Source of the DNA: a bacterium
Lineage (GTDB): Bacteria > Synergistota > GBS-1
DNA length: 64,000 nt
Assembly (NCBI GenBank): GCA_030153785.1
Contig: JASKLF010000005.1
Location: 90,327-154,326 of the forward strand
Direction: 5' to 3'
Shown here piece by piece: positions 56,984 to 64,000 of this stretch (positions are counted from its first letter, which is position 1; each line of letters starts with the position of its first letter). The notes beneath the pieces were generated by a model, which worked only from the letters and a program-made list of their open reading frames with translations, was not told where the DNA came from and did no database searches. The translations under genes were made by a program, and so were the position numbers.

Positions 56984-59053
56984 ATGGGGATGTCTCAATA
57001 TTTGCAGGTGTTTTTGGATGAATCGGCGGAAAACCTTCAGAGGTTGAATGAGCTCATATTGGAACTTGAAAAGGACCCTGGAAATACTGACCTCCTGAAT
57101 GAGGTTTTCAGGATAGCACATACCTTGAAGGGGATGTCCGCTACCATGGGATTTGATACGATCGCCGAGCTTACCCACGAGATGGAGGACTTGTTAGACC
57201 AACTTCGTAAGGGAGAATTAGCTTCTTCCTCTGATGTCGTTGATGTCCTTTTCGAATGCCTTGATACTCTCGAGGTTATGATAGACGAGGTAAGAGATAC
57301 GGGTAAGTGTACGGTAGAAGCTTCCTCCATTATAAAGAAACTCAAGAGCTTATCGGGGGAGGAAAGACCCGTTGTAGAGGTTGCTGAGTCTCCTAAAGCT
57401 TCTAAGGTTTCTGAGCCTCACGGTAAAATTGATATACCTGTGGAGCTGAACGAGTACGATAAAGAGGTTATAAAGGAAGCTTTTCATAAGACTTTCAATG
57501 TGTATAAAATTAAGGTTGTTTTGGATGAGGGATGTTTATTGAAGGCTGCAAGAGCTTATATAGTTTTTAATGAGTTAGGAAGCATGGGAGAGATAATAAA
57601 GTCTGTTCCCCCGGCTGAGGATATAGAGGAAGAAAGGTTCGAAAATGAATTTACCCTGCTTTATATAAGTAAGGAAGGAGAGGATACTATAAGATCCAAG
57701 ATTGAGGCTATTTCGGAGATAAAGCAGGTTGAGATTGCTAAGATTGAAGCGGAAGACTTCGGTTTATCCGCGGAGGGGGCACCTTCACGTGAAATCAAAG
57801 AAGAGGAAATAGAAAAGGTGATTAAGGCAAAGGAAGAAGTTAAGGCCAAGATGGAACCTAAAGCGGGTCAGGAGAATGAAAGGGTTCTGAGGCAAATTAA
57901 GGGGATGAGAACTATACGAGTTGATACAGACAGATTAGATGATCTTATGAATCTTGTGGGAGAGCTTGTCATAAACAAGACTCGGCTTGTTCAAATAGGC
58001 TCTGTCTATAAGTTGACCGAGCTTGATGAAACCCTTGCGCAGATAGGGAGGATAACAAATGAGCTTCAAGCTGTTGTGATGAAGCTAAGAATGGTTCCAA
58101 TAGAACATGTTTTTAATAGATTTCCAAGGATGGTAAGGGATCTCGCTCACGAGGAAGGCAAAGAGGTAGAGTTCATCATGGAGGGGAAAGAAACAGAGCT
58201 TGACAGAACGGTGATAGATGAGATAGGAGATCCTCTCGTTCATCTCCTGAGAAATGCAATTGATCATGGTATTGAGCCTCCTGATGAGAGGGAACGCTTA
58301 GGAAAGCCTCGCAAGGGTTTACTTAAGCTCTCGGCTCGCCATGAAGGTAATTATGTTGTAATCGAGGTACAAGATGATGGTAGGGGCATGGACATAGAGA
58401 AAATAAAGAAAAAGGCCGTAGAAAGAGGACTTGCTACCCCTGAAGAACTTGAGAGGATGTCCGAAAACGAGATTTTAATGCTTACTACCCTGCCCGGATT
58501 TAGCACTTCGGATAAGATTACGGAGGTTTCGGGGAGAGGTGTAGGTTTAGATGTCGTAAAGTCGAAGGTAGAGGCCTTAAACGGTGTGCTTGAGCTTCAA
58601 ACGGAGAAGGGGGCTGGAACCAAGGTAGTTATAAAGTTACCACTTACATTAGCGATAATTCAGGCTCTTCTTACGAAGGTGGGGGAGGAGATATACGCTA
58701 TACCTCTTGCTAACATAGACGAAACTTTAAGCATCACACCCCAGGATATAAAGCTTGTCAGAAATCAGGAGGTTGTCCTGCTTAGAGGAAGCGTCTTACC
58801 CCTTGTTAAGTTAAGAGAGCTTCTCGATGTTCCTGCTAAGGAGGGCGAAAATGGCGAGGAATATGCCGTTGTGGTAGCTCGTGTTGGGGAAAGGAGAGCA
58901 GGACTTGTTGTAGATAGTCTCATAGGTCAGCAAGAGATAGTTATAAAGTCCCTTGGTAAGCTACTTAAAGGTATAAAGGGTATAAGCGGAGCTACCATCC
59001 TCGGTGATGGTAGAGTGGCTCTAATTCTTGATGTTGTGCCTTTAGTAGCCTAA
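56984..59053 (+). CDS. cheA: Chemotaxis histidine kinase CheA
   Basis: FRIAHTLKG (Hpt), P2, DPL.HL.RNA.DHG, DDGRG, SGRGVG.DVV, CheW-like P5. Confidence 0.97.
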   Translation: MGMSQYLQVFLDESAENLQRLNELILELEKDPGNTDLLNEVFRIAHTLKGMSATMGFDTIAELTHEMEDLLDQLRKGELASSSDVVDVLFECLDTLEVMIDEVRDTGKCTVEASSIIKKLKSLSGEERPVVEVAESPKASKVSEPHGKIDIPVELNEYDKEVIKEAFHKTFNVYKIKVVLDEGCLLKAARAYIVFNELGSMGEIIKSVPPAEDIEEERFENEFTLLYISKEGEDTIRSKIEAISEIKQVEIAKIEAEDFGLSAEGAPSREIKEEEIEKVIKAKEEVKAKMEPKAGQENERVLRQIKGMRTIRVDTDRLDDLMNLVGELVINKTRLVQIGSVYKLTELDETLAQIGRITNELQAVVMKLRMVPIEHVFNRFPRMVRDLAHEEGKEVEFIMEGKETELDRTVIDEIGDPLVHLLRNAIDHGIEPPDERERLGKPRKGLLKLSARHEGNYVVIEVQDDGRGMDIEKIKKKAVERGLATPEELERMSENEILMLTTLPGFSTSDKITEVSGRGVGLDVVKSKVEALNGVLELQTEKGAGTKVVIKLPLTLAIIQALLTKVGEEIYAIPLANIDETLSITPQDIKLVRNQEVVLLRGSVLPLVKLRELLDVPAKEGENGEEYAVVVARVGERRAGLVVDSLIGQQEIVIKSLGKLLKGIKGISGATILGDGRVALILDVVPLVA

Positions 59054-59077
59054 CGCTCTTCTAAGGAGGAATGTGGA

Positions 59078-59719
59078 ATGAGAGATGAGGACATAGTAAG
59101 CAGACTTACGGAGGCTCAGCTTGATGCTTTGAAGGAGGCAGGAAATATAGGGGCTGGTAATGCCGCTACTGCCTTGTATCAGATAATAGGAAAGAAAATA
59201 ATGATGAGCGTTCCCCGTGCCGCGGTTATTCCTTTGTCTGAGGTTCCGGATGTTCTAGGAGGATCAGAAGTTCTTGTTGCTGGAGTTTTCTTAAGGGTTC
59301 TTGGAGACGCTCCGGGAAGCATATTATTCGTGATGCCTAAGGATAGCGCTCTATATTTAGTAGACATGCTTATGGGAAGGCCTGAAAGCAGTACCCAGGT
59401 TTTAAGTGAGATGGACCAATCGGCACTGAAAGAGATAGGCAACATTCTTGCAAGTTCTTATCTTAACGCTTTGGCCTCTTTCACCAAGCTTACGTTCTTA
59501 CCTACTGTACCTGCCTTGGCCTTTGATATGGCAGGTGCCATTCTTGACGTGATATTAGTAGAGCTTGGTCAGCTTGGAGATTACGCTCTCCTTATAGAAA
59601 CCCGTTTTCAAGCTGAATCAGCTCATGTTGAGGGACACTTCTTTTTGATTCCCGATCCCGGAGCCTTAAGTATAATTTTAAAAGCACTTGGAGTTGGTGA
59701 TAATGGGGCAGGTAATTAG
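59078..59719 (+). CDS. cheC: Chemotaxis phosphatase CheC
   Basis: DALKE.GNIGAGNAATAL and SALKEIGNI (two E-x2-N sites). Confidence 0.95.
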   Translation: MRDEDIVSRLTEAQLDALKEAGNIGAGNAATALYQIIGKKIMMSVPRAAVIPLSEVPDVLGGSEVLVAGVFLRVLGDAPGSILFVMPKDSALYLVDMLMGRPESSTQVLSEMDQSALKEIGNILASSYLNALASFTKLTFLPTVPALAFDMAGAILDVILVELGQLGDYALLIETRFQAESAHVEGHFFLIPDPGALSIILKALGVGDNGAGN

Positions 59720-60188
59720 GGTAGGTATTGCAGATTTTAACATCGCTAAAAGCCCGGATATTTTGACCACGCTGGGGTTAGGTTCTTGCGTTGGTGTGGC
59801 TTTATATGACAAGGTTGCAAAAATTGGAGGGTTGGCTCATATTATGTTGCCCGATAGTAAACAAGCGAGGGGAGGGCAAAATCCAGCGAAGTTCGCTGAT
59901 ACTGCCATCCCCCTGCTCATTGAGAAGATGGAAAGGGCAGGTGCATCCAGAAGCAGGATAGTTGCAAAGATTGCAGGCGGTGCACAAATGTTCTCTTTCT
60001 CGGATAAGAATCTTCAACTTAGTATAGGGAAGAGAAACGTTGAAGCTGTTAAGTTAGTTCTTGCGGAGGAAAAAATTCCGCTCGTTGCTGAAGATACAGG
60101 TGGAAACTTTGGAAGGTCGGTTGAGCTCCACACGGACACGGGGAAGTTTGTCATAAGGACGGTGGGGCATGGCATTAAGGAGCTTTGA
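59703..60188 (+). CDS. cheD: Chemoreceptor glutamine deamidase CheD
   Basis: T.GLGSCVG, AH.MLP, KFADT, AKIAGGA.MF, IG.RN, D.GG..GR. Confidence 0.96.
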   Translation: MGQVIRVGIADFNIAKSPDILTTLGLGSCVGVALYDKVAKIGGLAHIMLPDSKQARGGQNPAKFADTAIPLLIEKMERAGASRSRIVAKIAGGAQMFSFSDKNLQLSIGKRNVEAVKLVLAEEKIPLVAEDTGGNFGRSVELHTDTGKFVIRTVGHGIKEL

Positions 60189-60630
60189 AAAGATTCCGTT
60201 ACCCTTTGCTTTTAAGCTTTCACTTTTTATAGGATTTTTGGGAGGGTTCTTCGTTTTCATAGTAAGCCTTCTTTCTCCCGTTTCGCTGATGGGTGCCGTT
60301 ATGCGCGGCTTTTTCGCCTCTTTAATCGTTTCTTTAGAAGCCGCTTTCTTATTGTATCTCTTCTCAAGATATGGGCTTGATTACTTCCTTTTTGGGAAGA
60401 AAGTGAGAATGGATCTCAGGTCTTTGGCCAGTATCAAGGATTTCGCATGGGTATACAAAACTACGAGAGAAAGCGAGGAACATGCTGAGGAGAAGGAGTT
60501 GCCCTCCCTTGAGAAGCTTCTCCAGAAGCCCTCTGAATTTGAGGAGGCTGTTGGAGAATTGTCTGAGTTAGCTAAAAAGGACCCCGAGATGTTTGCTAAA
60601 GCGCTTAAGCTTATGCTTGAGGAAGGGTAG
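60169..60630 (+). CDS. Hypothetical 2-TM membrane protein with a FliF-C-terminus-like tail
   Basis: Two hydrophobic segments; ends LAKKDPEMFAKALKLMLEEG; fills the gap between cheD and fliA. Confidence 0.7.
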   Translation: MALRSFEKIPLPFAFKLSLFIGFLGGFFVFIVSLLSPVSLMGAVMRGFFASLIVSLEAAFLLYLFSRYGLDYFLFGKKVRMDLRSLASIKDFAWVYKTTRESEEHAEEKELPSLEKLLQKPSEFEEAVGELSELAKKDPEMFAKALKLMLEEG

Positions 60631-60638
60631 GTTCGGGT

Positions 60639-61406
60639 ATGATAGGTTTGAATGAAGCTGATGCAAAGCTGTGGAGAGAATATATCTCAACTAAGGATCC
60701 AAAGGTCAAGGAAAAGCTCATTCAACGTTATGTTCCCCTTGTTAAGTATATAGTTTCAAGAATGGGGGTAGCTTTTCCGAGGGGATTTGACGAGGATGAC
60801 TTGATAAGCGTTGGGATTATGGGATTGCTTGAAGCTATAGATAGGTTTGACCCCCAAAGAAACGTTAAGTTTGAGACCTTTGCCTCTCTGAGAATAAAGG
60901 GAGCAATAATAGATGAATTGAGAAGAATAGGGTGGGTACCCAGAACGGTCCATGAAAAAGTAAAGAAATTGGAAGAGGCTCGTTTAAGGTTGTTTAACGC
61001 CCTTGGGCGAGATCCTACTGATGAAGAGATAATGGAGTATTTAGGTGTTTCTCAAAGGGAGTATGAAAAACTTCTTGAGGATGCAAGGGTTTTGGTTCTC
61101 TTCCCTTTGGATTCCTTGCTTGAGCTTGAGGATGAGGAAGTCTCCATCAAGGAGGTTATAAGCGATCCAACTCAAGTTTCTTTGGGGCAAGCCATCGAGG
61201 AGGAGGAGATGATAGAAGACCTTGCTAAGGCGATATCCGAGCTTCCAGAAAGGGAAAGGCTGGTTATAAACCTTTACTATTATGAGGGGCTTACCCTTAA
61301 GGAGATAGGAGAGGTTTTGGGGGTATCCGAGGCGAGGGTTTGTCAGTTGCATTCTTCAGCTATCCTAAAGCTTAGAACTCTCTTGAAGAGGCTAAGTTTT
61401 GGGTAG
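60639..61406 (+). CDS. fliA: RNA polymerase sigma-28 factor FliA/SigD
   Basis: DL.S.G..GL.EAIDRFD, RI.GAI.DELR..WVPR, LYYYE.LTLKEIG.VL.VSE.RV.Q.H. Confidence 0.95.
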   Translation: MIGLNEADAKLWREYISTKDPKVKEKLIQRYVPLVKYIVSRMGVAFPRGFDEDDLISVGIMGLLEAIDRFDPQRNVKFETFASLRIKGAIIDELRRIGWVPRTVHEKVKKLEEARLRLFNALGRDPTDEEIMEYLGVSQREYEKLLEDARVLVLFPLDSLLELEDEEVSIKEVISDPTQVSLGQAIEEEEMIEDLAKAISELPERERLVINLYYYEGLTLKEIGEVLGVSEARVCQLHSSAILKLRTLLKRLSFG

Positions 61407-62832
61407 TGTTATCCGAAAAGATAAGTGGGGGGTGAATTTATTGAGTGAGCTTCCCTTAGAGCTTAAAATAAGCGAAGATGGAATGGAGGCTTATCTTAAG
61501 ATTAACCCACCTTCAGGGGGAAGGCTTCCCACTTTTGAGGAAATTATCTCTTTTCTGACGGAAGCTGGTGTGGTGTTCGGCATAGATGAAAATGCTATAA
61601 AGGATGCACTTGAAAATAATAGGGTTGGAGAATTTTTCTTAGTGGCTCAGGGGGAAAAACCCGAGGATGGGATAGATGGATATATAGATTATAAGTTTGA
61701 CAAGGATAAGGATTTGAAACCTGTCGTGCTTGAGGATGGAAGGGTTGATTACAAGAACTTGGAGAGCGTAGAAAATGTTGTAAAGGGGCAACTTTTGGCG
61801 GTTAAGGTTCCTCCTAAGCCGGAAAAGGATGGAAAAACGGTAACGGGAAAGGTTGTAAAGGCGTATAAGCCAAAGGACCCCAAAATGCCGGCAGGTAAGA
61901 ATACCTATCTTTCTGAGGATGGTATGAAGCTTTTTGCCGCTTGTGATGGCCATGTAGTCTATGAAAATGGGAAAGTGGTAGTTCACCCCGTTTTTACAAG
62001 GCGGGGAGATGTGGACTACTCTATAGGTAACATAGAGTTTGTTGGTGATGTCATCATAATGGGAAGCGTTTTACCGGATTTTAAGGTGAAGGCTGGTGGT
62101 AACTTAGAGGTTTACAAGCTCGTTGAGGGTGGTTTTCTTGAAGCGGAGGGAAACATAATTATAAGGGGAGGAGTTTTCGGTAGAGGAAAGTCGGTTGTAA
62201 AAGCCAAGGGAGATATTTTTTTAAAGTTCGCCGATCAGGCTACTCTTGAAGCAGGGGGCAATGTGGTGTCAGATGAGTCTATAATAAACTGCAAGGTGGT
62301 AGCGGGAGGAAGCGTGATAGCCAAGGGGCGTAAGGGAGTCATAGTTGGAGGAGAGGTTTATGCAGGTGATGTAGTTGATGTAACTCATTTGGGATCTGAC
62401 CTTGGCGTTAGAACCTATGTTGAGGTGGGTATAGATCCAGCCTTGAAGGAAGAATATGCTCAGGTTAATAATGAGCTTGCGGATATTCAGAGAAAGTTAA
62501 AGGAGCTGACAAAGGGGGTGGAACTTCTAAAGACTATGGAGGAGAAGATGGGTTCCATTCCCGAAGAAAAAAGGGAGCTTTACCTTAGAATGACGAGGGC
62601 GTTATTTCAGCTTAGGGGACAGGCTGAGCGCTTGAAGAAAAGAAAAGAAGAGCTTGAGGAGAGGATGGAGAAGGTAAAGAGAGAGGGGAAGATTATAGTT
62701 CGAGGTATAGTTTATCCAGGCGTTAGAATAACCATAAGGGGGGTAAAGTTTGCAGTGAAGGAGGCCTTAAGGGAGGTCGTTTTTTATAGAGAAGGTGCTG
62801 AGGTGAAGGTGGGGGCGCTAAGAGAAAGGTGA
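61399..62832 (+). CDS. FapA (DUF342) flagellar assembly protein A
   Basis: ISED.MEA, GVVFGI, G.VDYK, DVDYS.GNI.F.G.V, C-terminal coiled coil and YPGV. Start may be TTG at 61441. Confidence 0.88.
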   Translation: MGSVIRKDKWGVNLLSELPLELKISEDGMEAYLKINPPSGGRLPTFEEIISFLTEAGVVFGIDENAIKDALENNRVGEFFLVAQGEKPEDGIDGYIDYKFDKDKDLKPVVLEDGRVDYKNLESVENVVKGQLLAVKVPPKPEKDGKTVTGKVVKAYKPKDPKMPAGKNTYLSEDGMKLFAACDGHVVYENGKVVVHPVFTRRGDVDYSIGNIEFVGDVIIMGSVLPDFKVKAGGNLEVYKLVEGGFLEAEGNIIIRGGVFGRGKSVVKAKGDIFLKFADQATLEAGGNVVSDESIINCKVVAGGSVIAKGRKGVIVGGEVYAGDVVDVTHLGSDLGVRTYVEVGIDPALKEEYAQVNNELADIQRKLKELTKGVELLKTMEEKMGSIPEEKRELYLRMTRALFQLRGQAERLKKRKEELEERMEKVKREGKIIVRGIVYPGVRITIRGVKFAVKEALREVVFYREGAEVKVGALRER

Positions 62833-62843
62833 GGTGAGAGGTT

Positions 62844-63155
62844 TTGAGCATTCGCCCCATAGATATGCAAATTCTTGTGGGTAAGTTATACGAAGTCGGT
62901 AGGGTTCACCAGCAGATGGAAGAATCTTCTTTAGCATCTCAACAGGCTTTCAGCATAGAATTTAGAGATAGGACAGAAAGAGAAAGGGTTCAGGTTCAAG
63001 CTACCCACAAGGGTGAGGGGCAAAAGGTGGAGGAAGAAAGTAGAGGAAGTGGAGGAGGCTATACCCCCTCAAGGAGGAGAAGGCCTCAAAAGGGTTCCTC
63101 TGTTTCAGGGGTTAAAGACCCTGTTAGAGGAAGGTTTATAGACATAACTTCTTAA
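62844..63155 (+). CDS. Conserved hypothetical flagellar-operon protein
   Basis: N-terminal SIRPIDMQ and C-terminal G..IDI; SD upstream; position after DUF342. Confidence 0.7.
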   Translation: MSIRPIDMQILVGKLYEVGRVHQQMEESSLASQQAFSIEFRDRTERERVQVQATHKGEGQKVEEESRGSGGGYTPSRRRRPQKGSSVSGVKDPVRGRFIDITS

Positions 63156-63159
63156 AGAG

Positions 63160-63447
63160 ATGCTTTTTACGGTGCTGGCTTTTATATCAGGTTTTGGGGT
63201 GGCTTTTTTGTTATCTTCTTGGAGTACAAAGAGGCTTATAAAAAGTGGGGCGGTATTCTTTTATAAAAACAAGCACCTCTTTGAGCTTAAGGAGGAAATA
63301 GAGGAGGAGCTTAAGGAGTTGCTGAACGAGATAAGGATGGAGAGAAGCGCTCTTGAGAGTTTAAAGATGGAAGCAGAGCTTCTCGCGGAGAGACTCGAAT
63401 CGCTAATAGTGAAAATAGAATCCTTAAAAAATAGGGATATTTTATGA
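63160..63447 (+). CDS. Hypothetical protein, N-terminal TM plus coiled coil (SwrB-like position)
   Basis: Hydrophobic N-terminus, heptad-rich remainder; coupled to the next gene. Confidence 0.55.
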   Translation: MLFTVLAFISGFGVAFLLSSWSTKRLIKSGAVFFYKNKHLFELKEEIEEELKELLNEIRMERSALESLKMEAELLAERLESLIVKIESLKNRDIL

Positions 63448-63887
63448 GAAAGGGTTTTTCCTTGACGGAGACGATCGTGGTACTCTTCGTGTTTTCCTTG
63501 GTGTTGGGGATATCTTTCATGTCTTTCTCAAAGCTACTGAAGCTTTCCGATAGTCTCTTTCAGTCGGCTTTAATTTTATCGCAGGATATAAGAGGTTTAC
63601 AGCTATCGTCGATTCTGGCCAGAAATTATAGCTATCTTTATCTTGACTTTTACACCATGAAGAAGTATATATTAAAATATCCTGATTCTAAGCTCGTTGA
63701 AAGACCCCTTCCTAAGGGGATTAAGTTGTCTTCCTCGAGTTTTGGAGAAAGGGGGTATCTCTCTTTTTCTCCTACCGGTTCTCCTCTTGAAGGAGGATAT
63801 ATAGCTTTAAGCGATGGAAGAAGGAAGCTTTATGTGATAGTAGCAGTTTTCACAGGTAGAGTCAGAATAAGCGAAAGTTTTCCTTAA
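63444..63887 (+). CDS. Type IV pilin-like protein (ComGD/GspH/FimT-like minor pilin)
   Basis: Prepilin cleavage motif KG|FSLTE followed by a hydrophobic helix; F...G.P..GG.I.L......TGRVR. Confidence 0.85.
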   Translation: MRKGFSLTETIVVLFVFSLVLGISFMSFSKLLKLSDSLFQSALILSQDIRGLQLSSILARNYSYLYLDFYTMKKYILKYPDSKLVERPLPKGIKLSSSSFGERGYLSFSPTGSPLEGGYIALSDGRRKLYVIVAVFTGRVRISESFP

Positions 63888-63903
63888 ATGGGGGGTGCTT
63901 GGC

Positions 63904-64000
63904 TTGAAGAGCTTAAAGGCGAAGCTGATTTTATGGGGAGTTGTGGTTTCAATTTTAGGTGTGGGTCTAACGGCCTACCTTTTATCTGAGACATCCCTTT
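63904..64000 (+). CDS. 5' end of a membrane-anchored protein (truncated at window edge)
   Basis: TTG after GGGGGTG: MKSLKAKLILWGVVVSILGVGLTAYLLSETSL...; basic N-terminus plus TM, as in chemoreceptors and sensor kinases. Confidence 0.5.
   Translation, partial: MKSLKAKLILWGVVVSILGVGLTAYLLSETSL

Noticed and set aside
1..64000. CRISPR arrays, tRNA/rRNA, IS elements, prophage or defence genes
   Set aside because: Intergenic gaps are nearly all under about 110 bp, and no such repeats, cloverleafs or protein motifs were seen by eye.

Overview
Core-chromosome window from a bacterium that is probably thermophilic (purine-rich coding strand; AGA/AGG and ATA codons; E/K-rich proteins). Gene order is Bacillota-like, but the solute-binding proteins carry non-lipoprotein signal peptides, which suggests a diderm cell such as a Synergistota-like lineage (inference). 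1-14.4 kb is transport and metabolism: TRAP dctQMP, lipB, xpt, a stand-alone half-EAL ORF, MOFRL glycerate kinase, orphan pstS, a short-chain CHR pair, a Liv-type ABC system, a Thr/Ser dehydratase, and cysE-cysK. 14.5-31.2 kb is ylxM-ffh-rpsP-khpA-rimM-trmD (fused to a second SPOUT domain)-rplS-lepB-rbgA-rnhB, a FliK-C-like/FlhB-C-like gene pair, HD-GYP, yraN-comM-dprA-smg, then trmFO-xerC-hslVU-codY; topA is absent. 31.3-63.4 kb is a large fla/che operon from flgB to fliA/fapA, lacking cheW, followed by a type IV pilin-like gene. I found no rRNA, tRNA, CRISPR array or mobile element. The most interesting signals concern flagellar control. RBS-occluding hairpins lie ahead of flgB (with an embedded sigma28-like promoter) and flgE (alternative folds, CsrA-type site). 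An internal motA promoter has a near-consensus CodY box. FlhB has NPVM instead of NPTH, alongside a separate FlhB-C/FliK-C gene pair. A 2-TM protein ends in a FliF-tail-like motif. The FliK ruler has a 102-bp duplication. A Cys-codon uORF overlaps the cysE start. All functional interpretations are hypotheses from manual reading; no searches or folding programs were run.
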